From Eledone cirrhosa (taxonomy: Eukaryota), in NCBI GenBank assembly GCA_964016885.1, contig OZ024742.1:25234001-25298000 (forward strand): a stretch of 64,000 nt of DNA. Reading direction: 5' to 3'. Each line of letters opens with the position of its first letter. The first letter of the stretch is position 1. This document shows positions 1 to 10,145 of this stretch, piece after piece. The notes beneath the pieces are model-generated. The model was not told where the DNA came from, searched no databases, and worked only from the letters and a program-made list of their open reading frames with translations. A program made the translations under genes and the position numbers.

Positions 1-60
<60 letters not shown>
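1..60. repeat. (TA)n microsatellite, runs off window start
   Basis: Pure TA dinucleotide run directly abutting the LINE 3' tail. Confidence 0.98.
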
Positions 61-63
<3 letters not shown>

Positions 64-1862
64 TCATCATCATCATCATCATCATCAACGTTTAACGTCC
101 GTGTTCCACGCTTGCATGGGTTTGGACGGGGGTAGTCCCACTTGAGGCAAGAGTGATTGTCTTGCTCGCATAGGACTGTCTGGCAGGTTTTCTACAGCTG
201 GATGCCCTTCCTAACACCAACCACATTTACAGTGTGGGTCTGGGAGGTTTTTACCGTGTTGCCTACACGGCCACATTACAGCGTGGACTGTGTGTTTTTT
301 TGTCGTGACACCTACACGATCTCATTTGTTTCGGCCTGGATGGCGCGGCACCAACATAACTTTACATAGAACGGGGTGGGGTGGGGGTGGTGGGACGGGG
401 TGTATTTTGTTAGAGATGCCTACTGGCTGTAGTAGGTTTTACTATGTATTTAGGTAAGGCGGGTCTTCTCTGTTACTGAGTACCGCCAAAGGTCTCAGTC
501 CAGTGACATTGTCTTGGAGAGGTGTAAGTGTGTGAGGTCGGAGTTTATCAGCTCGTCCAAGGTTTTTCTAGGTCTGCCTATTCCGTGGCTACTGTCTATC
601 TTTATTGCCCTGCACTTTGTTATACAGCTATCGACTTTGATGCGCATCACGTGTCCATACCAACGTAGCCTTCTCTCGAGTAAACAACATCTGATCCCTC
701 TTATTTCTAATTTTTTTCTTAGTTCGTTTATGCTTTGCCGTTCACGTATATTACTGTTACACATCCAGCGGAGCATGCAAGCTTCGTTCCTCTCTAGTCT
801 GCGTATATCCTCTGCACACAATGCCCAGGTCTTACTGCCGTGCAACATTGCTGTTTGTATGCAGGCATCGTACAACCTGCCTTTAATTTTTAGGGAGAAC
901 CCTTTAGCAGCTAATAGTGGTATAAGCTCTCTGAACTTTTTCCAACCAGTTCTGACTCTAGCTACTGTACTTTCAGAGCACCCTCCCCCACTGCTGATTT
1001 TATCGCCCAGGTAACGGAAGCTGTCCACTATTTCTATAGAACCCTCTGCGCAATTGAAAGAGCTAGTATTTTGTGGGCACTTGCTGCTACTTATTGCACC
1101 AGAGCACCGGCCACATGTAAAATCTATGTTCTTAGTTAGCTTACCTGTGATCCCACTACATCTTTTATGCACCCATACTTTGCATTTAGGACATAAAATG
1201 GAGTTTCTACCTACGCCTTTCCTACACACTGAGCATGACCATTTCCCAGAAGGGACCGCCGCCTTATTTTCTTTCCTACAAACTAGAACTTTAGTCTTAG
1301 CCAGGTTAATTTTAAGTCCTTTTGATTCTAGGCCGTGCTTCCATGTTTGGAATTTCTTCTCTAGCTCGGCCATTGATTCAGCTATGAGTGTCAGGTCGTC
1401 TGCGTATAGGAGTTCCCATGGGCAGCCGGTCTTGAACTCCTCTGTTATAGCCTGAAGGGTAATAATAAATAGTAGGGGGCTGAGAACAGAGCCCTGATGG
1501 ACGCCAACTTTTACGCTAAACTCTTCACTATATTCGTTGTTATTTCTAACCTTGCTGACTGTTTCTTTATACATGGCTTGTATAGCTCTCACAAGCCATT
1601 CGTCAACACCTAGTTTTCTAAGAGCCCACCAGATAATGGATGCGGGGGACTCTGTCGAAGGCTTTCTCCAAGTCGACAAAAGCTAAGTAGAGGGGTTTAC
1701 CTTTAGCTAGGTACTTCTCCTGTAGTTGTCGTACAATGAAAAGAGCGTCTGTGGTACTTTTGCCTGACACAAACCCGAACAGCATTTCATCTAGGTCAAT
1801 TCTCTCTCTGATCAGCTGCGCTATTACTTTTTCCGTGACCTTCATGACCTGGTCGATTAATT
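61..1862 (-). mobile_element. 5'-truncated RTE-clade non-LTR retrotransposon (LINE) with 3' UTR and (ATG)n tail
   Basis: The minus strand encodes RT motifs FVDLEKAFDRVPR, GVHQGSVLSPLLF, LLYADD and FRYLG, and the RTE C-terminus RRLRWYGHVMR...GRPRKT. A ~360-bp 3' UTR ends in ...GGACGTTAAACG followed by a (ATG)n tail (61-86). Homology stops at ~1862 (KLIDQVMKV), so no endonuclease domain is present. Confidence 0.93.
450..1862 (-). pseudogene. RTE reverse transcriptase ORF remnant with one frameshift and one premature stop
   Basis: ORFs 1618..1923 and 495..1679 join through a frameshift near 1640-1650 (AFDRVPR / IIWWALRKLG). YADD is at 1395-1406. TGA at 495-497 interrupts MSLD*DLWRYSVTEKTRLT and is probably a CGA>TGA change. 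The likely natural stop TAA is at 450-452. Confidence 0.88.
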
Positions 1863-1864
1863 TA

Positions 1865-1896
<32 letters not shown>

Positions 1897-2143
1897 AACG
1901 GAAAAAATGAAACGATATTTCATTTCCCACTCTTAGTACGGCTGTTACTTAAATATAAGTATGTACACGTACATACATATATGTATACCGACGTACAGTA
2001 GTATGTATATATATATATACATACATGCACACATATATATATGCACGTATGGATTCACCGAACATTTATTATAATGCTCGGTGTGTTTGTAAACAAACAT
2101 CCCGTATTAAGCCGTAGTGTCTAGCAACCACCGTTGCTCGTTT

Positions 2144-2230
2144 GTTCAACACTGACAAAGGAACGCTGTACTAGTTTCAAGCTTGTTAGCTATCGTCAGC
2201 AACGTATACCTTCCTGCCAGATTGTTGAAC
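2144..2230 (-). ncRNA. Type I hammerhead ribozyme motif (copy 1, minus strand)
   Basis: Exact reverse complement of 2412-2498. Confidence 0.78.
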
Positions 2231-2411
2231 GTATATACTTACCTTATGCATATTAACGGCTGAGTAGCCCAATATGCATATCGAGTGGGTTAATCGGCCG
2301 GGTGCACCGAAAACGATAAACGGAAAAAATGAAACGATATTTCATTTCCCACTCTTAGTACGGCTGTTACTTAAATATAAGTATGTACACGTTATAAATA
2401 TAAGTATATAC

Positions 2412-2498
2412 GTTCAACAATCTGGCAGGAAGGTATACGTTGCTGACGATAGCTAACAAGCTTGAAACTAGTACAGCGTTCCTTTGTCAGTGTTGAAC
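2412..2498 (+). ncRNA. Type I hammerhead ribozyme motif (copy 2)
   Basis: Stem I ACGUUG (2437-2442) pairs with CAGCGU (2474-2479). Core CUGACGA is at 2443-2449, stem II is AGCU-AACA-AGCU, and GAAA is at 2464-2467. Stem III is the palindrome ACUAGU, with cleavage triplet GUA (cut predicted after 2473). Stem I extends through CUGGCA/UGUCAG and GUUCAACA/UGUUGAAC. Confidence 0.8.
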
Positions 2499-2833
2499 AA
2501 ACGAGCAACGGTGGTTGCTAGACACTACGGCTTAATACGGGATGTTTGTTTACAAACACACCGAGCATTATAATAAATGTTCGGTGAATCCATACGTGCA
2601 TATATATATGTGTGCATGTATGTATATATATATATACATACTACTGTACGTCGGTATACATATATGTATGTACGTGTACATACTTATATTTAAGTAACAG
2701 CCGTACTAAGAGTGGGAAATGAAATATCGTTTCATTTTTTCCGTTTATCGTTTTCGGTGCACCCGGCCGATTAACCCACTCGATATGCATATTGGGCTAC
2801 TCAGCCGTTAATATGCATAAGGTAGGTATATAC

Positions 2834-2920
2834 GTTCAACAATCTGGCAAGAAGGTATACGTTGCTGACGATAGCTAACAAGCTTGAAACTAGTACAGCG
2901 TTCCTTTGTCAGTGTTGAAC
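2834..2920 (+). ncRNA. Type I hammerhead ribozyme motif (copy 3)
   Basis: Same motif 422 bp downstream (core at 2865-2871, predicted cut after 2895). It has one G>A change at 2850 in the extended stem I. Confidence 0.8.
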
Positions 2921-3104
2921 AAACGAGCAACGGTGGTTGCTAGACACTACGGCTTAATACGGAATGTTTGTTTACAAACACACCGAGCATTATAATAAAT
3001 GTTCGGTGAATCCATACGTGCATATATATATGTGTGCATGTATGTATATATATATATACATACTACTGTACGTCGGTATACATATATGTATGTACGTGTA
3101 CATA

Positions 3105-3606
<502 letters not shown>

Positions 3607-3634
3607 TATGTATATATAATATAAGTATGTATAT

Positions 3635-3680
3635 CAGCTGTACTAAGAGTGAGAAATGAAATTTCAATTTTTCCATTTAT
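3635..3680 (+). repeat. Diverged terminal fragment of the 422-bp unit
   Basis: CAGCTGTACTAAGAGTGAGAAATGAAAT...TTTTTCCATTTAT aligns to 2698-2748 with CpG-type changes and is followed by (AT)n. Confidence 0.7.
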
Positions 3681-3894
3681 ATATATATATTTGTATATTT
3701 ATATATATATATATATATAGGGTGGGTTTGTGGAGGCATATGTTCATTAATAGCTTGACTATGAAAGATTTGCTTTATTAAGAGTGGCGCAGATGTAAAA
3801 AGTATGTCTGATAGCTTGGATTCTTAGTCATGAGCTGGTATGTTGTGTGTTTGTGACTTCTTGATAAGGCTGATTTCATTGGATAAGGATAGAG

Positions 3895-4250
3895 ATAACT
3901 TAAGCGAGCATGCTTCGATGGTTGTGCAATGTTAATGTGTTAGAATAAAAAAGCAAGGATGAACTGATAGAGAAACTGCATATAAGAGGAATCAGATATA
4001 GTGTACAGGAGAGAAGACTGCATTGGTATGGACATGTGATGCACATAGATGATGATCACTGGGTGAAGAAGTGCCAAGTAATCCCAGTGGAAAGAAGCCA
4101 CAGTAGAGGAAGACCAAGGATGGAAGTGGTGAGAGCTGATCTCAGATTGATAAAGCTCATAGAAGAGATGACAAAGGAACATGAAAAGTGGAGAGATGTT
4201 GAGAATGACCCATCCAACCCATGCAAGCATTAAAAAACAGAAGTAAAAAA
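3895..4250 (+). mobile_element. Degenerate RTE LINE 3' fragment
   Basis: Translates to ASMLRWLCNV...IRGIRYSVQERRLHWYGHVMH...KKC...RGRPR, homologous to the C-terminus of the first LINE. It ends in CCATCCAACCCATGCAAGCA, which matches the RTE 3' terminus. Confidence 0.85.
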
Positions 4251-4317
4251 CAAAAGTAATTGGTCAGTTCAAAAAGATGTCTCAGTGATTGGCAACTTTT
4301 ATATAACCTGATATGTG

Positions 4318-4472
4318 TCTAGCAAATTGGCAATCATTAGAATGTCAGATAGAATGTTTCGAGTATTTGTTTCTGTTCTCTTCTCTTTGAGTTCAAATCC
4401 CACCAAGGTCAACTTTACTTTTCAGCCATTCGATAACAATAAAAAATACCAGTCAAGTACTGGAGGTCAATT
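4318..4472 (+). mobile_element. Degenerate SINE, second family
   Basis: GAGTTCAAATCC B-box, then GGTCAACTTTACTTTTCA...GATAA...TACCAGTCAAGTACTGG. Same family as 9285-9478. Confidence 0.7.
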
Positions 4473-4943
4473 CTTCCTCTATATTTCTTTTGCACTTACA
4501 TTTTCTCACTTTCTATCTTTCTTTGGAAAAAAATCTGTGGTATTCAGACCTGGAGAAGAGCTAGGTTCCGTCAGCTGTAAAAGTGTCCTAGAAATGCCAT
4601 ATGTCAATACGATGCCCCTGTAGCCTCATCAAAAGTGACAGGACCATACATACATATTGCTAGCAAATGAGGGACAACTGTCTTGCAAAAGACTGGAACA
4701 GCTTACTGTGCTTTCATTAGAGATTTTAGTTAAGTTTATTAATGACTGTTACTAATTGATGGCTTTAATATGTAACGTCTATTTTCTATGCTGACAGAAC
4801 TTGGACATTTGTCAAGAATTAAGTCAGTTCTTATTCAGGGTTACTGTCATTCTAGATGGTCTTGAAAAACTAAGTCTATTTCTTGGACATTTGAAGCTGG
4901 CAGAGCCAATACCACCTTGTGTCTGACAACTGATGCCTTTTAG

Positions 4944-4983
4944 AGAAAGGGAGAGAGAGTGAGAGCGAGAGAGAGAGAGAGAA
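4944..4983. repeat. (GA)n microsatellite
   Basis: Imperfect GA run. Confidence 0.85.
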
Positions 4984-5169
4984 GTTGTGAGTGATGTGAT
5001 TGTTATAGGATTGAACATCCTCGTCCTCCCCCTCCTCCAAAAATGCCACCTTTACAACCATCACCACTACTACGTCCTCCACCATAAATATTATCATCAC
5101 TTTTACTGAAATGCTAATGAATGACTGCCACAACAACAACATCAGCAACAAAAGAAACATATAGAAAAT

Positions 5170-5378
5170 AAGGATTTCTAATTTAGGCACAAGGCCTGCA
5201 ATTTAGTAGTAAATTAATTTATTAATTTGACCCCAGTATTTGACTGGTACTCTATGTTATCACCTTCAAAAAGAGGAAAAGCAAAGTTGACCTCTACAAG
5301 ATTTTAACTCAGAATTTAAAGAAGCAAACAAATATTATGCTAAGCAATTGACTGTTGCTCTACCGACTCTTCCAATCC
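5170..5378 (-). mobile_element. Degenerate SINE, second family, minus strand
   Basis: Reverse complement reads CTGAGTTAAAATC...GAGGTCAACTTTGCTTTTC...GATAA...GTACCAGTCAAATACTGGGGTC...GGCCTTGTGCCTAAATTAGAAA, matching 9285-9478. Confidence 0.75.
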
Positions 5379-5409
5379 AATGCCCTGATAGAGACAATTA
5401 TTTTCTTCT

Positions 5410-5685
5410 TTGGCCACTTACTCCTGAGAGGGTTGTGAAGCAGAGTGCTCAAACACTCTCTCCATCAGCTCCTGTCGAAAGAAACTGTCTCCAAACTGAT
5501 ACGGATGGATCCTCAAGTAAGACCAGGATAGCTCATGGATGTTATCCAACTATCTTACTTGAGGTGTGCTCCTGGGTTTCATGCCGGATAGTTTTGCCAG
5601 TAAAATCTGTCCAGCAATTCTTTCCTGAGCCATTCTAACCAATGCTCATAATATCAGAGCTGTGATCTCTCAATTTGGAGAGAAA
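5410..5685 (-). mobile_element. Degenerate 3' fragment of a different RTE lineage (Expander/Rex3-like C-terminus)
   Basis: Manual translation across frameshifts gives LQIERSQL*YYEH/VRMAQERIAGQILLAKLSGMKPRSTPQVR*LDNIHELSWSYLRI...DRS*WRECL. This resembles the IERSQLRWFGH..RMP.ER...RPRGRPRTRW pattern. Confidence 0.65.
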
Positions 5686-6074
5686 ATTATCACTTATTTA
5701 TATATTTTTTATTTATTTAATTACATTTTCTTTACAGCTGCACTGAGCAATGAATAATTAATAATTAATTCACAAAAAAGTAATATTTAATCGAAACAAA
5801 AAAAATGGAAAGGGAAAGAGGAAAAAGAAAAAAAATGAAGAAAGCAATGAATGAAAGTGAGAAAGGGAGGGAGTGGCTGACTACACCCCAGTCTGTGTGG
5901 TGATTGGGCCATGCCCAACGGACAGAATTTTGAAAGAATTGCCACTGCAACAGCCACCCCACCTCACTAGGCTCCTACCTATCTGCTGTCTATCTGATTT
6001 TTCAGAGAAAATCATCAATATGGGGGACCAAGGACACTTGAACTCTCGATGGTGACAACTCTATAATAATAACA

Positions 6075-6712
6075 GAACAACACCAAGCTTGGTGAGTCAC
6101 AACACCACAACCACTATGGTCACTGTTGCTACTACTACAACCAGCAACATCACCACCATTGTTGAAATTGCTGCTGCAGACCACCAACATCACCGCCAAC
6201 TCTAAAATCACCATGCCCACTGGTACTCTTGCCACCAATACTAACATCAAAACTACCACCACATCTCCTGTTATTGCCAGTGATATGACTGCTACCAGCA
6301 CCACCACCACCACCCATACTGGTGCTGTTGCCACCAACACCACTACCACCAACACTATGCCCACTGCTACTCTTGCCACCAATACTAACATCAAAACTAC
6401 CGCCACATCTCCTGTTATTGCCAGTGGTATGACTGACACCACCACTGGTGCTGTCGCCACCAGCGCCACTACCATAACACCACTACCACCAACACCATGC
6501 CCACTGGTACTGTTGCGATAAACATTATCACCCATACTTCCACCTATACGACCATAAATACTACCACTACCATCACCAACACTACCACAACTATGGCCAC
6601 AGGTACTGTTGCCACTAATACTACCATCAACACTACCACCAACACCACCACTCACATCACCACTACACCCATCATCACCACCAAAACCATCATCACCACC
6701 ACCACCACTGTG
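6075..6712. repeat. Degenerate (ACC/ACT)n low-complexity tract with internal 144-bp-spaced duplication
   Basis: ACC-rich tract. The block ACTCTTGCCACCAATACTAACATCAAAACTACC.CCACATCTCCTGTTATTGCCAGTG occurs at 6225 and 6369. Confidence 0.85.
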
Positions 6713-7044
6713 AAATGAAGAAGAAAGATATTAAAACATATCTTTCTCCTACATTTACAGAGAAACTATGCAAAATAACAATCTCTCTCCATCACTCTCA
6801 CACTCTTATACTCTGTTCCTTACTCTCTCTATTCTCTTTGTCCTTTCTGAAAACCATTCTTCTCTCTTCTTGGATGACTGAACTTTTGCTCTGATCTTTA
6901 GCAAACTGCCAGAAGTTTTCAAACCCAACATCTCATATACGAAACTAAATTTCCTGCTTGGGATATATCTATCCTCTTCAGCTTTGCTCTTATATCTTAT
7001 GGACAGCTGATGCAGCTTCTTTGCAGAGACATGAGCAAAAACAT

Positions 7045-7456
<412 letters not shown>

Positions 7457-7800
7457 GTGGGGGGTGATAGATATTGTGTAGTTTCATTATTATAGGATAT
7501 AATGTTAGAATTGCTGGTTGGAATATATATTTGCTTCAAGTAAACAGTTTTGCTGCTATCAATGGCCACTTAATCTGGATAAAGAAAATTTCCTTGAGCC
7601 AAAAGAAGTGAGGAAGATGTTTCTAGAACCTAGATTATTTATCAATTGTTTCTCTTCGCACTCCAACTTGCTAAACATCTCACCATTATTCAATGTTTCA
7701 TATTTGTAACTTCCGGCATTTTCCCTTCAAATCTTTGTCCAGTCTCTTTTTAACATAGTTCTTTATTTCCGCTTTCTTATGTACCTCCTCCCACACAATT

Positions 7801-7830
7801 GTATATACATACATGCATACATACACACAC

Positions 7831-7879
<49 letters not shown>

Positions 7880-8320
7880 TATAACTATATATATACACAC
7901 ATATAAATGTGTATATATACATATATATATATACACATGTGTATATATATATGTATATGTGTGTGTGTGTATATATATATATATACATATATATATGTAC
8001 ATATATCTATATATATGTATATATATATGTGTGTATATATATATGTATATATATATATATTTATATATATGTGTGTGTATGTGTGTGTATGTGTGTGTAT
8101 GTGTGTGTATGTGTGTGTGCGTGTGTATATGTATAAATATTTTTATATACATATATATATATACACGTGTATATATATGTATATGCATATATAAATATAT
8201 GTGTGAGTGTATGTAGAGATAGCGAGTGAGGAAAAAGGAGAGAGAGAGACAGAGAGAGAGAGAGATAAGTAGATATATTAACTCAAACACACATGTATAC
8301 ACACAAACACACATTTACAT
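7801..8320. repeat. Compound (TA)/(TG)/(CA)/(GA) microsatellite cluster
   Basis: Direct inspection. Confidence 0.95.
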
Positions 8321-8469
8321 AAGCACACTTCTATCTGCATACATACATAACTGTATATAAACTGTGTTAGTCATAATTGAAAGGAAGTTAAATGTTCAAT
8401 ATTTATATATTGATCACAGCTGCTCCAGGTGATGCGAGAAGACACCTCTAAATATTGAAATAAAAATAA

Positions 8470-9162
8470 CAGGAAATACCAAATTCTTGGCAGAAAGTTC
8501 TAGAACAAAACCCTTACATCTAACTTCTTCAATGTCCAGACAGGTGAACCCTTTTTCCTGTTGCTGGGATACCACATTCTGTGACACATTCACCGATTCC
8601 AATCTGGTTCCTTTGGCTGTAAAGATAGGCAATGCTCTTTGTAATGTAGATGTGTAGAAGACCCCAAAATGCCAGGATTTAACCAATCACTTCCTTTCTT
8701 GACTGATTGCCATTGTCCCCCCGTGGCCTCAATCCCAATACTGTTGTTTGACCTCTGCAGAATTGTGAGGAGTGTATCCCAACTGACAAAGGTACTCTAC
8801 AATATTCTACTGCTGGGAATTGATCAGAAAATATCAAATTCTTGGTAAAAAGTTCTAAAACAAAAACCTTACCACTAACTTCTTCAATGTCCAGACAGGC
8901 AAACCCTTTTTCCTGTTTCAGTGGGGTAAATATCTAATCTGGGATATCACATGCTATGAAACATTCTCCGGTTTCAGCCAGGTTACTTTCACTATAAAAC
9001 TTGGCAATGTTGTCTGTAAAGATCTCAAAATGACAGGACTTTACCAATCACTTCCTTTCTCTACTGATTGTCAGTGTGTCCCCAGTGCACTGATTGTTGT
9101 TTTTCCCTTGCAGAATTGGGAAGAGTGAATCCCACCAGATGAAAGTACCTTGCAATGTTTAA
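8470..9162. repeat. Diverged tandem duplication, ~355-bp unit x2
   Basis: AAATTCTTGG at 8481 and 8836. The blocks CTAACTTCTTCAATGTCCAGACAGG, ACCAATCACTTCCTTTCT and TGCAGAATTG occur in the same order in both copies. Confidence 0.85.
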
Positions 9163-9284
9163 ATACACTTCCCTTGTCATCTGAGAGAAGCATAGTTCAA
9201 TTCTCATTTGGCCTTTCTAGACACTTTGTCTCTGTCTACACAGCTTATTCGCCTACTATAGGTATCAACTATTATTATTGTTAA

Positions 9285-9478
9285 GAGCGGTGAATTGGCA
9301 GTATCGGTAGAGAGTCGGACGCCATGCTTTGCAGCAAAGAGTTACGGCCTTTTATGATCTGAGTTCAAATCCAGCTGAGGTTAACTTTGCCTTTCATCCT
9401 TACGGGGTCGATAAAATAATGTACCAGTAATGTACTGGGTAATTGCTGGCCTTGTGCCATAAGTAGAAACAATTATTG
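9285..9478 (+). mobile_element. tRNA-related SINE, second family, best-preserved copy
   Basis: GCGGTGAATTGGCAG..TCGGTAG head, GAGTTCAAATCC B-box, core GCCTTTCATCCTTACGGGGTCGATAAAATAATGTACCAG, and tail GGCCTTGTGCC...AGAAACAATTATT. Confidence 0.8.
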
Positions 9479-9530
9479 TTATCTGCATTGTGGCAACTAT
9501 ATTTTCAAACATATTTAAATTATATGTTAT

Positions 9531-10145
9531 AATCACCATCATCATTTAATGTCCATTTGCCCTGATAAGGAGTGCAGTGCTGGGTATATGGAAATGGTGT
9601 ACAGTGAGGGGGGAGGATAGCTACTAAGGAGTGCTAGTGGAGGAGGGAGAGGGCATAGAGATAGGTCATGTCGCATTTGATGCTGGTTGGTGGGTCTTCA
9701 CTAGGACAACATGTTGCATTTCTTCATGGTCCTTTACTATATCTTGTTGCCTGGTTTAACTTCTTAAGATCGGTCTTCATTACCTTATTCCAAGTCTTCC
9801 TGGTTTTCCTCTTCCACTGGTCCCAACCACTAGCATTCCTCTACAATTCTTTATGCAGCGGCTATCTTCCATAAAAATCATAAGTCCATACTAATGCAGC
9901 GTTCTCTCTTGCACATTACATCCAATTTTTCTTATACCAAGTTTTTCTCTCAGGTAACTTATGCTATCTTGTTAATCCATGTGAGCATTACATATCCATT
10001 GGTGCATACTTGTTTCATTTCTTTCTAACACACATAAGTCTTCTGCAAGTCAAGAGCCATATTTCACTGCCAAGCAGCAGTGTAGTTGTATGCAAGCACC
10101 ATACAGTCTAGACTTCACTCTGAGGGAAAACATTTTGTTGTGAGT
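9531..10145 (-). mobile_element. Degenerate RTE LINE 3' fragment from which the satellite emerges
   Basis: Minus strand reads FSLRVKSRLYGACIQ/LLLGSEIW/EDLCVLERNETSM...LREKLGIRKI.CNVQERTLH*YG...CIKNCR...GRGKP/KTWNKV, colinear with the first LINE's C-terminus. A tail-like CATCATCATTTAATGTCC is at 9537-9554. Confidence 0.85.

Noticed and set aside
514-1455. Plus-strand ORFs of 166 and 133 aa
   Set aside because: Antisense shadows of the RTE RT ORF with no recognisable motifs.
1894-2748. Classical MITE or DNA transposon with 348-bp TIRs
   Set aside because: The arms are parts of a 422-bp tandem unit that continues through the spacer and beyond the right arm, and they contain hammerhead motifs. 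A PLE/retrozyme origin fits better, although a DNA transposon is not formally excluded.
6002-6655. 217-aa Gly/Val-rich minus-strand ORF as a membrane protein
   Set aside because: Reverse translation of the (ACC)n tract; its hydrophobicity is a compositional artefact.
7500-7800. Possible host exon in unique-looking sequence (also 6810-7040 and 4480-4940)
   Set aside because: No recognisable protein motif or convincing splice-bounded open frame; cannot be supported without expression or homology data.
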